55,792 nucleotides of DNA, from positions 1 to 55,792 of IMG/VR virus record IMGVR_UViG_3300011339_000921; one strand, written 5' to 3'. Within the stretch, counting starts at the first letter, position 1, and every line of letters begins with the position of its first letter. The DNA is from a virus (Duplodnaviria > Caudoviricetes). Of this stretch, positions 46,883 to 55,712 are shown in pieces. The notes below the pieces were generated by a model, which was not told the DNA's origin, searched no databases, and saw nothing but the letters and a program-made list of their open reading frames with translations. The position numbers were made by a program, and so were the translations under genes.

Positions 46883-46994
46883 CTTCCGCCTCCTTTATGG
46901 CCTCTTGCCGCCCCTGCTGTTTCAGTTTCTCGCGGTCAAAATAAGCAAATGCCCGTTCGATCAGAGCCAGCAGGGACGACAGGAAGCGAATCAC
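46779..46994 (-). CDS. Inner-membrane spanin-like protein (Rz-like)
   Basis: Hydrophobic N-terminus plus charged helix, after the holin candidate. Confidence 0.5.
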   Translation of the reverse strand: MIRFLSSLLALIERAFAYFDREKLKQQGRQEAIKEAEDAVQRQIEMGEAAVAVPDPDRDERLRNRFDRARQ

Positions 46995-47170
46995 TTGGCT
47001 TTTTCAGCCAAGACAACGGCGATAAGGCCAGCGATGGCCGCAACCGCAGATGATGCGGCGGCGTAGAGGTCGTTGGAAATGCCGAACGCCATTGCGAGGC
47101 CCGACAGGCCGGCGTAGGTCGATGGCTCCTTAAGCCGAGCCAGAGCGAAGTGAACGATGGGCATGGTCAT
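46991..47170 (-). CDS. Putative holin
   Basis: RLKEPSTYAGL plus two hydrophobic helices; next to endolysin. Confidence 0.65.
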   Translation of the reverse strand: MTMPIVHFALARLKEPSTYAGLSGLAMAFGISNDLYAAASSAVAAIAGLIAVVLAEKAK

Positions 47171-47559
47171 TTTCCTTTCGGATATTGCTTCCAAGGCAGT
47201 TCCCAATGCGGACCATCCTTGAAAGTTCTCCAGTCGCCGCCCCAAGTGATAGGGACGTTTTCGACCGCCGCGGCGGCCTTCACGATCTTGGCCAGCCGGT
47301 GATAGAGCGGCCAGTCCCAAGATACGGTGTTGCCCAGCATGGGCGCCAGATCAACGGCATGACCAGTCAGATGCCGCGAGTTCAGTGTGCGCGTGGCCCC
47401 GTTCGCCATCAGCGTCTGCTGCCGAGCCAGACTGCGCCGGCCTTCCAGCACAGCGAAGTCCAAGTCTGACATGGCCGCCGCACGATGGACGACGCGCACC
47501 AGATCCGGATGCACGTCTTGCAAACGGGACAGCGAGCGAGGGCCAAGAACGATAGACAT
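47167..47559 (-). CDS. Endolysin, M15-family peptidase (T5-type)
   Basis: EGRRSLARQ, SRHLTGHAVD, WGGDW..FKDGPHWEL. Confidence 0.92.
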   Translation of the reverse strand: MSIVLGPRSLSRLQDVHPDLVRVVHRAAAMSDLDFAVLEGRRSLARQQTLMANGATRTLNSRHLTGHAVDLAPMLGNTVSWDWPLYHRLAKIVKAAAAVENVPITWGGDWRTFKDGPHWELPWKQYPKGK

Positions 47560-47726
47560 CAACCGACTTTCAGGATGATCGTCAGGAGCATGGCGATGAT
47601 GAATCCGGCGACCGCAATACCCACGCCCTCAAGGCGTTTCAGTCGCGCGCATAGGCCCTCATAGCGTAACGCACAGACTTCTTCGTGGGTTTGAAGGCGA
47701 GCCTTTGTCTCGTCGATCTCGGCCAT
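47559..47726 (-). CDS. Small membrane protein (coiled coil plus C-terminal TM), holin-like
   Basis: MAEIDETKARLQTHEEVCALRY...GIAVAGFIIAMLLTIILKVG, 55 aa. Confidence 0.65.
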   Translation of the reverse strand: MAEIDETKARLQTHEEVCALRYEGLCARLKRLEGVGIAVAGFIIAMLLTIILKVG

Positions 47727-47737
47727 AAACAATTCCG

Positions 47738-48100
47738 TTACTTAAGGTTTCGCAGCTTATAGATCGCCGCGAGATAGACCGCGGTCAACGTATCAATGAG
47801 GTTCCCGACGGCGCGGTTGCCCTTGCAAATCGCCTCATGATTCTCTTCGATCCACTTCGCATCGGCCTCAAGGCACTTCAGGCTGTCACTGGGGGTCTGC
47901 TTCGGCGTCGGAATTGAGCCGATCAAAGAGAATGCCCCCTGATATGCCTCGACGAGCGGGTCGATCGTGTCGATCACGCCATCATAGAACTCGCCCAGCG
48001 CCATGTGCTTGGCGAAGCTACCTTCGCCCTTCGCGCGCCAGTGTTCGAAATGAGTCAGGTTGCGTGCGTAGAACACGCGGGAGATGAGTTCCTCGATCAT
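47738..48100 (-). CDS. Ferritin/Dps-like four-helix protein (DUF5856-like)
   Basis: HFEHW...HMALGEFYD...DPLVEAYQG...YKL. Confidence 0.7.
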   Translation of the reverse strand: MIEELISRVFYARNLTHFEHWRAKGEGSFAKHMALGEFYDGVIDTIDPLVEAYQGAFSLIGSIPTPKQTPSDSLKCLEADAKWIEENHEAICKGNRAVGNLIDTLTAVYLAAIYKLRNLK

Positions 48101-48915
48101 CAGGCGATCCGGAAGACTGGGCAGATGATGGAGGGGATGGCTGGAGCGATCGCGCCGGCGGCAGCGGTCTCAACCGTGACCGCAATGTTTTCAGGAAGCC
48201 ACATGACTTCAATGTACTGACCAGCCGTTACTGTGTCGAAAAAGCTGATGCTGAGAACCGCCGAGCCACCGTCGCCAACCTTTGGCACCGTGAGAATCGT
48301 GGCAGAGTTTGCGATATTCGTGCCGTTTTTACGGAACCATACGGTGACGTCATGATCGGCCGCAGCGGAGTTTGCAAACTGGATCGATGGCGTGAGCATG
48401 TACGTGCCAGCTACGGCAAACGTAATCTGCGTGCTGGCGACGACGCTGACACCGGTTCCGGTGAGGTCGGTATTGAACGTCACTGCGGTAGCGGCGGACA
48501 CGTTCCCAGTCTGATCCTGAAGACTCAGTGGCTCCGCAAATGCGCGACCAGATATGTCCGCGAATGGCACAGTCGCCGACGCCGTCATCGCAGACGTGCC
48601 GCTACCCTTAACGTAGCCCGTAAGCGTCGCCGCCCCAGTGCCGCCGTTGGCGACTGGCAGCGTGCCAGTCACTTCAGTCGTCAGCGAAACAGTCGCCGAC
48701 GCCGTCATCGCCGACGTGCCGTTACCCTTGACGAAGCCCGTGAGCGTCGCCGCCCCAGTGCCGCCGGTCGCGACCGTTCTCACGTTCGTCGCCGAAGCTG
48801 CGATGTCGGAAGCGGCCACCTTGCGGCTGAAGCTGCTCTGGACGATCTCCAGCAGTTCGGTCCCTGCAAGCGGGGTAGAGGCTGCTGTAAGGTCAGGAAT
48901 CTTTACGTTAGCCAT
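48100..48915 (-). CDS. Short fibre/spike protein
   Basis: KIPDLTAA N-terminal motif, two GGTG repeats, beta-sandwich C-terminus. Confidence 0.65.
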   Translation of the reverse strand: MANVKIPDLTAASTPLAGTELLEIVQSSFSRKVAASDIAASATNVRTVATGGTGAATLTGFVKGNGTSAMTASATVSLTTEVTGTLPVANGGTGAATLTGYVKGSGTSAMTASATVPFADISGRAFAEPLSLQDQTGNVSAATAVTFNTDLTGTGVSVVASTQITFAVAGTYMLTPSIQFANSAAADHDVTVWFRKNGTNIANSATILTVPKVGDGGSAVLSISFFDTVTAGQYIEVMWLPENIAVTVETAAAGAIAPAIPSIICPVFRIA

Positions 48916-49265
48916 TATGCCAATCCGTATAGCTGGTTCAGGTAGAGCGAGAAGGCGTTAGCAGCGACCTCCTGAGCGTCCGTCTGCGCGTCCTGAGAGT
49001 CAGGGCGTGGGTTCCGCACAGGAACAGGATCGGGACGCAGAAGCAGGCGGCTGTAGTAGGGCTGAGGAACGTCATCGCACGAGGCGCAGACATAGAGTTT
49101 CAGGCCCACCGGGGTCGAGCCGCCACGGTAGTCCTTCTTTTCCCGGAGATGCGTGTGCTGCACAAGGAACCCGCAGCCATCGCATATCGCGATAGCTCTC
49201 GGATTCTTTGCGTCGAACTCAGGCCCGGTTCGATGCTTCTTTCCGCGTCCATATGCGTACTGCAT
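48915..49265 (-). CDS. Putative Zn-binding morphogenesis protein
   Basis: AICDGCG...VCASCDD..QP...PRPD. Confidence 0.7.
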   Translation of the reverse strand: MQYAYGRGKKHRTGPEFDAKNPRAIAICDGCGFLVQHTHLREKKDYRGGSTPVGLKLYVCASCDDVPQPYYSRLLLRPDPVPVRNPRPDSQDAQTDAQEVAANAFSLYLNQLYGLA

Positions 49266-49951
49266 CAGTAGCCTCCGGTCGGATCAATGGTGATACGAAG
49301 CGGAACGCGCTCGCGATCCTCCGCGGCCGCGCGAGCGTAGGCGCCATCAGCGAGATCCTGCAGAAACTGCAGACGCTCAGGGGCGAACTTCACAGCGAGC
49401 TTGGCCGCGAGCCCGGCGGCGATCGCTTCCATCCAGCGGTTCGGCGCGTCGAGGCTGTTCGTGAACGAGCCCGCGTCTTCCTGCACCTTCATGCGGTGAT
49501 AGAACAGCGTCACGCCCGCGCTTTCCGGCGCCTGCCAGATGTAGATCCGCGGCGTGATGGTGCGCTGGAAATAATACTGGAACGGGCGCTGGCCAAGCTG
49601 CGCCTTGTACGGGATGGCGTCGTACTCAGCCCGGCTGATCGGCGACATCATGAGGTCGAGGTTCTGGCCCCCGGAAAGGGTGCGCGTGTAGACCTGCAGT
49701 AGCGACACCGTCCGCGGCTCCAGATCGTAGTACAGGACACCCGGCAAGAGCGTGATCGACTGGAGGTCCACAGCCCAGAGGTTGGGTCCGTTATTGGCCC
49801 AGTCGGAGAACATGTAGTTGATCGAACGGCGGGCACTGTCGATGTCGTTGGAAGACAGCGACGACGGGTTACGACCCACGCGCTCATAGGCTTCCGTGAT
49901 GACATCAATCTGTTCGGTGTCGCCGAACGTGTATGTGCCCGAAGTGGTCAT
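49265..49951 (-). CDS. Head-tail adaptor-like protein
   Basis: TSGTYTF, EAYERVG, ARRSIN..WANNG.NLW, ISRAEY. Confidence 0.7.
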   Translation of the reverse strand: MTTSGTYTFGDTEQIDVITEAYERVGRNPSSLSSNDIDSARRSINYMFSDWANNGPNLWAVDLQSITLLPGVLYYDLEPRTVSLLQVYTRTLSGGQNLDLMMSPISRAEYDAIPYKAQLGQRPFQYYFQRTITPRIYIWQAPESAGVTLFYHRMKVQEDAGSFTNSLDAPNRWMEAIAAGLAAKLAVKFAPERLQFLQDLADGAYARAAAEDRERVPLRITIDPTGGY

Positions 49952-50187
49952 CTGAACTTTGCCGCCTTCTTAGCGATGGCCTTTGGCTGGGCGACAAACT
50001 GCTTCCCGGCCTTCTTGCCTTCGCGCTTGGCTTTCGTAGTAGCAGCATATTCACCCGGCGTCAGCGCCTTAATCGCCGCCGCTGGCAGATACCGCTCACC
50101 GGTCTTGCTCGACGGCTTGCCGGATTTAGTTGTCCACTCCTGATCGCCCCAATTCTTGAGGGACTGCTGAGGCTTTCTAATCGGCAT
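49948..50187 (-). CDS. DUF5872-like C-terminal half, basic protein
   Basis: QSLKNW..QEW.T...ERYLP. Confidence 0.6.
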   Translation of the reverse strand: MPIRKPQQSLKNWGDQEWTTKSGKPSSKTGERYLPAAAIKALTPGEYAATTKAKREGKKAGKQFVAQPKAIAKKAAKFR

Positions 50188-50365
50188 AGCCACCGCCTTT
50201 GGCTTTGTACTCCTTGGCCAAAAGCTGCGCCTTGCGCGCGGACCACTGTCCCGCCTTGGTTCCGTGAGTCGCGCGACCCTTGATGCTATTGAACAGGCGC
50301 TCGCGAAGACCGGGCTTGGTGTAGTTCCCCGCCTCATTCACCCGAGACTGCTTGCGCCCGCGCAT
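50177..50365 (-). CDS. DUF5872-like N-terminal half, basic protein
   Basis: YTKPGLRERL...GQWSARKAQLLAKEYKAKGGGY. Confidence 0.6.
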   Translation of the reverse strand: MRGRKQSRVNEAGNYTKPGLRERLFNSIKGRATHGTKAGQWSARKAQLLAKEYKAKGGGYAD

Positions 50366-50544
50366 TACCGGCCCTTGGCTTTCGGCTTGGCCACAACGCG
50401 AGCGGCGACCGGCGCCACCGGCGGCTTCTCCTTGAAGCCCAGCATTTCCTGAAGCTGGTCTTCAGTGAGAGCTTCCCACACAGCGGGGCTCAGTGTCACT
50501 TCCTGACGTTCACCCTTGGCGTTTTGATAGGCGCGAGTGATCAT
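50365..50544 (-). CDS. Small hypothetical protein (59 aa)
   Basis: MITRAYQNAKGERQEV...; GAGGTG RBS. Confidence 0.6.
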   Translation of the reverse strand: MITRAYQNAKGERQEVTLSPAVWEALTEDQLQEMLGFKEKPPVAPVAARVVAKPKAKGR

Positions 50545-50573
50545 GCTGCCACCTCTTTCTAGTTTGCCCTCAC

Positions 50574-50602
50574 CTTATACACTTTCATTTCCATCACATC
50601 AA
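50574..50602 (-). promoter_or_regulatory. Internal late promoter
   Basis: TTGATG-17 nt-TATAAG. Confidence 0.65.
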
Positions 50603-50618
50603 ACCCGGAGGCGTAGCC

Positions 50619-51053
50619 TTACGGTGGCGTAGGCCAGACAATGTTAAACGGATCGGGCTGCAGCGTTATATCGCGCAGTTCCTGTCGATACGTAGCCCAA
50701 GCCGCTCTATCAACCGGCGCATCAGGAAGCTGTGTCCAGTCACACTCGGCCAGCTTCTCATTACGCTCGGCGCGCACCGCGTCCCACTGCGCGTCGATCT
50801 GCTCTTGCGTATACGGCTCAAGCTCCCACTGCTCATACCAAACGCCGTCGATCTGCACTGGCATGATGCGCACAGCAACCATACCGGGTGCTTCAGGCGG
50901 TGTCGTGTCCTGCACTGGGTAGCAATACCAGTCGGAGGTATCAACATTGGTCATGTCGCTGGGAAACGACACTTCTCGGTTGTCGCGCTTCAGGTCGGTC
51001 AGCGTGTAGGGGTAAACCTCCGCCTCGCCCGGCGGTGTCAGGATGTAGAACAT
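50619..51053 (-). CDS. Tail fibre assembly chaperone
   Basis: VRAERNEKLAECDWTQLPDAP...WATYRQELRDI...WP. Confidence 0.85.
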   Translation of the reverse strand: MFYILTPPGEAEVYPYTLTDLKRDNREVSFPSDMTNVDTSDWYCYPVQDTTPPEAPGMVAVRIMPVQIDGVWYEQWELEPYTQEQIDAQWDAVRAERNEKLAECDWTQLPDAPVDRAAWATYRQELRDITLQPDPFNIVWPTPP

Positions 51054-51298
51054 CAGCCGGCCTCCACTTGCCGCGCGATGACATCGCGCATGATGATTTC
51101 CTTGCGCTGCTCAATGACACTGGTCTCTAGCAGGTGCCGCAGCCGCTCGGCAAACTCGGCCATATGCGGGCAGTCAGGATGCTTTTCAGCAATTTCCACC
51201 AGCGCGAGGGTGTAGTTGTCGATGTTGATCTGGTGGTGCAGCACTTCAGCATTGCGATGCTCAAGGGCGGCAATCAGGATGTCGATGCGGTTGGTCAT
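51053..51298 (-). CDS. Hypothetical helical protein
   Basis: HQINIDNY motif; in fibre module. Confidence 0.65.
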   Translation of the reverse strand: MTNRIDILIAALEHRNAEVLHHQINIDNYTLALVEIAEKHPDCPHMAEFAERLRHLLETSVIEQRKEIIMRDVIARQVEAG

Positions 51299-51299
51299 G

Positions 51300-52337
51300 T
51301 CAAATTGCTCCGAAGGCTACGCTGGTGCCTTGGCCTGCTGGCAACGTAGCCGGATTAGCAAATCTTGTGCCAAACCCGCTCCCGCTCCATGCATAAGCCG
51401 TGACAAAAGGCGTTGAAAAGTTGGCCATAGCAACAGCATCGCCAGACGGAGAAAATGCCACCCCCTGACCGTCGCTGGCTGGCAGCGTTGCCGGGTTGGC
51501 AAACTTCGTCCCAAAGCCGCTGACGCTCCACGGGTAAACGCTAATTCTAGGTGAAGAGGCGTGCGATACGGCGATGGCGTCACCGGATGGTGTGAACGCG
51601 ACGCCTGTAGCCGTGGACGCCGGCAACGTCCCCGGATTGGTGAACTTTGTGCCAAACCCGCTCCCGCTCCATGGGTAAGCCGTGATGAAGGGGGTGGTAA
51701 GATGCGCCACAGCAATGGCGTCACCGGATGGCGTAAACGCTACGCCAAAGCCGGTGCCAGTAGGCAACGTGGCCGGATTGGTGAACTTCGTCCCGAAGCC
51801 GGAACCTGACCAAGGGTAGGCAGTCACAAACGGGGTGGTGTTATGCGCCACCGCAATGGCATTTCCCGCTGCTGTAAACGCTACACTGTTACCAGTAAGC
51901 GCCGGCAAAGTCCCCGGATTGGTAAACTTCGTCCCGAAGCCAGAACCTGACCAAGGATAGGCGGTGATGAATGGTGTCGAGACGTGTGCCACCGCAATGG
52001 CATTGCCTGCTGCTGTGAAAGCAACGCCAAAGCCGGTGCCGGCTGGCAATGTCCCCGGATTGGTGAACTTTGTTCCGAAACCGGAACTTGACCATGGATA
52101 TGCAGTCACGAAAGGCGTCGTGGTGTGCCCCACTGCGATTGCATCCCCTGCCGCTGTAAACGCTACGCTTCTGCCAGTCCCTGTTGGCAACGTCCCCGGA
52201 TCGGTAAACTTCGTCCCGAAGCCGCTGACGCTCCAAGGATATGCAGTCACAAAAGGCGTGTTCAAATGCGCCACAGCAATGAACTGCTGCGTGCTAGTCG
52301 CTGCCACCTTGGCCGCTTTAACAAACGTAGCCAGCAT
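51300..52337 (-). CDS. Seven-blade beta-propeller, putative receptor-binding tip
   Basis: Seven near-identical 47-aa repeats AIAVAH..TPF.TAYPWS.SGFGTKF.NP.TLP....VAF. Confidence 0.8.
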   Translation of the reverse strand: MLATFVKAAKVAATSTQQFIAVAHLNTPFVTAYPWSVSGFGTKFTDPGTLPTGTGRSVAFTAAGDAIAVGHTTTPFVTAYPWSSSGFGTKFTNPGTLPAGTGFGVAFTAAGNAIAVAHVSTPFITAYPWSGSGFGTKFTNPGTLPALTGNSVAFTAAGNAIAVAHNTTPFVTAYPWSGSGFGTKFTNPATLPTGTGFGVAFTPSGDAIAVAHLTTPFITAYPWSGSGFGTKFTNPGTLPASTATGVAFTPSGDAIAVSHASSPRISVYPWSVSGFGTKFANPATLPASDGQGVAFSPSGDAVAMANFSTPFVTAYAWSGSGFGTRFANPATLPAGQGTSVAFGAI

Positions 52338-53788
52338 CAGGCGTTACCCACCCGAGCGCCGTAAATGGTTGTGCCAACTTTCCAAAGAACGATGACGGTA
52401 AAGCCGGTCGTTTGCAGTGTCGGCGCGCTGCCACTGTCCGTTTTCCACACCACGGCCAGCGTCGTCCATGTGATTGCAAATGCGCTGCCGTCGTCCACCA
52501 TGAGCGTAATCGACTGCCCGGCGGCCCAGTTCACCTGCCCCGGCGTGCGGCTTGCGCCTAACGTCCAAGTTTGGATGGGCCCATTATTGGGGTCGAGATT
52601 GACCGTCCCGCCGTCGGTGACGGCAAATACCGTCTCAGTGTAGTTGCCAAACGTCTTGGCGGTGATCGTCTGCGTGTCGGTGGTGCCAACGAAGGCGCCT
52701 GACGGGTTGGTCTTCACCGTGAAGGCAGAGGTTCCGTTGCCGATGACGACGCCGGTCAGGGTAGTCGCGCCGGTGCCGCCGTTGGCTACGCCGAGGGTGC
52801 CACCGATGGTCAGCGTGCCGCTGGTGGTAATCGGGCCGCCCGTCAGCGTCAGGCCAGTCGTGCCGCCAGAGCCATCGACGGACGTGACGGTGCCGCTACC
52901 CGTACCAGCCCCAATAGCGGTTCGGAATGTCGCGGCATCCAGCGCGCTCACCGTGTTGTCAGCGTTAAAGCGAGGAAACGTGATCGCGCTGGGGTTGGTC
53001 AGCGTGAACAGATTCCCGCCAACAGTCGTCGCGCCAAGATTGGCACGAGCAGTGGACGCCGTCGTTGCCCCGGTGCCGCCATTAGCGACAGCGAGCGTAC
53101 CGCCTGCCGTAATCGTACCGCTAGTCGTTACAGGGCCACCACTAAACGTGAGCCCGGTTGTCCCGCCTGACACGTCGACGGACGTTACGGTGCCAGTCCC
53201 ACCGCCGGTGGCGGCTATAGTGAAACTTGGATACAGCCCGGTGATGCTGATACCTGAACCAGCCGTCAGTGTGACGGTCTGGTCAGGAGCGCTGTTCGTA
53301 ATGGTGAAAGATGGATAGGCGCCGGACACGTTGATGCCCGTGCCAGCAGCGATCGACACAGTCTGGTCAGGCGCGCTGTTCGTAATAGTGATCCCACCGC
53401 TGGCGTTGGCGATGCTCACCCCGGTGCCGGCCGTCAATGTCGACTTAGCCAAGCCGCCCGCAGTCGTGCCAATCAGCAGTTGGCCATCGGTGTATGTAGT
53501 CTGGCCGGTACCCCCGTTCGATGCGCTCAGCGTTCCAGCGAGCGTCAACGTCCCGGATGTGGTGATAGGGCCGCCGCTGAACGTGAGGCCGGTCGTTCCG
53601 CCGCTGGCGTCGACAGACGAGACCGTGCCAGTGCCACCGCCTACTGCCGCCCAACCACTCGCAGTCAGGACATAAGCGCCTTGCCCGGCAAGCGGCGCGG
53701 GGACCTGACCCTGAATGCCATCCTTTCCGGGCTCCGGCGCGATAAACGTGCCGAAGTCGATAATGCCGGCATTAGGCGCAATGGTCAT
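52337..53788 (-). CDS. Tail fibre protein
   Basis: GTVTSVD.SGGTTGLT and V.NGGTG repeats. Confidence 0.8.
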   Translation of the reverse strand: MTIAPNAGIIDFGTFIAPEPGKDGIQGQVPAPLAGQGAYVLTASGWAAVGGGTGTVSSVDASGGTTGLTFSGGPITTSGTLTLAGTLSASNGGTGQTTYTDGQLLIGTTAGGLAKSTLTAGTGVSIANASGGITITNSAPDQTVSIAAGTGINVSGAYPSFTITNSAPDQTVTLTAGSGISITGLYPSFTIAATGGGTGTVTSVDVSGGTTGLTFSGGPVTTSGTITAGGTLAVANGGTGATTASTARANLGATTVGGNLFTLTNPSAITFPRFNADNTVSALDAATFRTAIGAGTGSGTVTSVDGSGGTTGLTLTGGPITTSGTLTIGGTLGVANGGTGATTLTGVVIGNGTSAFTVKTNPSGAFVGTTDTQTITAKTFGNYTETVFAVTDGGTVNLDPNNGPIQTWTLGASRTPGQVNWAAGQSITLMVDDGSAFAITWTTLAVVWKTDSGSAPTLQTTGFTVIVLWKVGTTIYGARVGNA

Positions 53789-54345
53789 TAGACAAGGCTT
53801 TCGATGAACGCCTCATGCTGCGCGATGATCTTGCTCTTCAGCGCGACGGCTTCGGCCTGTTCAGCCTTTGCGTTCGCCACGGCGACCCTCAGGTTTTCGG
53901 CTAGATTATCGGCGGCTGCGGACTTCTTGTCAGCTTCAGCCTCGCGCGCATTGGCGACGTTGGCGGCATTGATGGCGAAGGCTTCAGCGACCTTGGCAGA
54001 CTTCAAATGAGCCTCAGCCTCAGCGGCGATTCCAGCGGCCTTATCCTGAGCGGCCCTTACCGTCTGAGCAGCCTTCGCCTCAGCATCCGCGATCGTGGCG
54101 GCCGCCTTCTTTTTCGCCTCAGCCAGCGCCTCCTTGGCAGCGGCGCGATCTTCGCCGATCTGAGCGCGCAGGGCGACGATCTCGCTGGCGGGGCCGGCGA
54201 GGGCAATAGCCTCATTGTAGCGCGCCGTGGCGTCCTCAAGCCCCTTCACCTTGGCGGCATAGGCGTCCGGGTTCGCAACAAGGGCCAGCAAGTCCATCAG
54301 CGGGTTTGCTCCGGGAACGGAGCCATCAATGTTTGTCGCAATCAT
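53788..54345 (-). CDS. Ala-rich coiled-coil protein
   Basis: 185 aa, GGAGG RBS. Confidence 0.65.
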   Translation of the reverse strand: MIATNIDGSVPGANPLMDLLALVANPDAYAAKVKGLEDATARYNEAIALAGPASEIVALRAQIGEDRAAAKEALAEAKKKAAATIADAEAKAAQTVRAAQDKAAGIAAEAEAHLKSAKVAEAFAINAANVANAREAEADKKSAAADNLAENLRVAVANAKAEQAEAVALKSKIIAQHEAFIESLV

Positions 54346-54356
54346 TTGCGCCCTCC

Positions 54357-54689
54357 TTAGGTCAGGCCAGCCTGTATCACGGTGAATCGAACTGAGCCCG
54401 CGCCGGAGTTCAGAACGATGCGGACGGCCATAGCCGGATAGGCAAGGTTCGAATCCTTGGTCGTGGTCTGAGTCGTGAGATTAGGGTGATCAACCCAGTT
54501 CCCAGTCGCCGGAGTCCAGTCCGCGGCTTGGACCCGATCGAACGTGTACTGCACGGTGTAGTTCACCGTGCCAGTGACAGTCACGCTAAGGGAGGTGTTG
54601 AACGGCGATATGAAGTGATCCAGCGGGAGCGTGTTGCCGGTGACGGCGCCGCCGCTCGCATCTGAAATGGTTTGTACAATCGGCCTCAT
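54357..54689 (-). CDS. Small beta-rich virion protein
   Basis: YTVQYTFD...YPAMAVRI. Confidence 0.65.
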   Translation of the reverse strand: MRPIVQTISDASGGAVTGNTLPLDHFISPFNTSLSVTVTGTVNYTVQYTFDRVQAADWTPATGNWVDHPNLTTQTTTKDSNLAYPAMAVRIVLNSGAGSVRFTVIQAGLT

Positions 54690-54742
54690 CTCTCAAACCC
54701 CTTGGGCGCAGATAAAATCTGGTTGCAGTGCGTGGTCCGTCA

Positions 54743-54988
54743 TTAACAGTTCCACGCCTTGCGGGCTAGTCGCAACCGAGAATTCGGATCCTTGGCAGCC
54801 TTCGGAAACATCTTCATCTGGCCGGCTGAGCGAGCGCAGAAGCTGTCTCGGCGCTTGCCACCCTCAGGCTGCGGGCGCTTTAGATTGCCGCCAGTGGCCG
54901 AATTATAAGCCTTCCGACCAGCCTCGCTGAGGCCGCCCTTCGGATTCTTATGCTTGGCCTTGAACTGAAAGTCCTTCTTGGCGCGCAT
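54743..54988 (-). CDS. Small basic protein (DUF6321-like)
   Basis: KNPKGGL...RRDSFCAR...DPNSR...WNC; GGAGG RBS. Confidence 0.65.
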   Translation of the reverse strand: MRAKKDFQFKAKHKNPKGGLSEAGRKAYNSATGGNLKRPQPEGGKRRDSFCARSAGQMKMFPKAAKDPNSRLRLARKAWNC

Positions 54989-55004
54989 AAATCCTCCAAG
55001 TGAA

Positions 55005-55026
55005 TGGGGCGACCGAAGCCGCCCCA
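55005..55026 (-). promoter_or_regulatory. C(UUCG)G tetraloop hairpin without U-tail
   Basis: UGGGGCGGC-UUCG-GUCGCCCCA. Confidence 0.65.
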
Positions 55027-55030
55027 AACA

Positions 55031-55693
55031 TCAAGCCTGCGTTACGCCGTAAAGGCCGGTCTGAGTATCGTCATCGAGGACGAACACCCAAGCCGTCAGG
55101 CGCTTCGTACCATCGGCAGCATCGGGAACCGCGTAGGTTCCGCGAACATCGCCAGTGGTGGTGGTTGCGGTGGTAGCGTCAGCAGCCACGAACGTGCCAG
55201 TGGTCACGAACGCGCCGTTCCAAGCGGTCAGCACGTAGTTACGGCTGTTCGCGCGGATCGGAAGGCCAAAGACATCGCCCGTGCCAACGAAAAAATCGGT
55301 GGCCGCAGCCGAAGCTGCGATGCGAGTGATGGTCTTGAATGCCTTCTTGCCGGCAACGGCGGTGGTGCCGTTCAGGGTGATCGCTTCCGACATCGGAACA
55401 CCATAGGCGTCGGTGCCGGTTACGGTCAGAACCGCCGTGGCCGCGCCGGCAGCGTCAATGATGACATTGCGCGGAACGTCGAGAGTGACGGTGCCGCCCG
55501 ACGCCAGAGCGCCATTCAGCAAAGCGTCGCCAGCGGCCCCAAGGGTCTGCTGAGCGCAAATGCCATCGGCATCCAGCACTGCCGGAACCGCGTTGTAAAC
55601 ATTGATCGGCGACATGAAGACGCCGGGTTCACTAGCGGTGCCGTTGTTGGCGAAGTTCCTGCCTGCCCGAACGCCGTCAGAGAAATGAGTCAT
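55031..55693 (-). CDS. Putative head decoration/structural protein
   Basis: MTHFSDGVRAG; Ala/Thr/Gly-rich; directly after the capsid gene. Confidence 0.65.
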   Translation of the reverse strand: MTHFSDGVRAGRNFANNGTASEPGVFMSPINVYNAVPAVLDADGICAQQTLGAAGDALLNGALASGGTVTLDVPRNVIIDAAGAATAVLTVTGTDAYGVPMSEAITLNGTTAVAGKKAFKTITRIAASAAATDFFVGTGDVFGLPIRANSRNYVLTAWNGAFVTTGTFVAADATTATTTTGDVRGTYAVPDAADGTKRLTAWVFVLDDDTQTGLYGVTQA

Positions 55694-55712
55694 GATGTTT
55701 CTCCATAGCTAA

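Noticed and set aside
51300-52337. Diversity-generating retroelement TR/VR
   Set aside because: No reverse transcriptase in the window; differences between repeats are not adenine-specific
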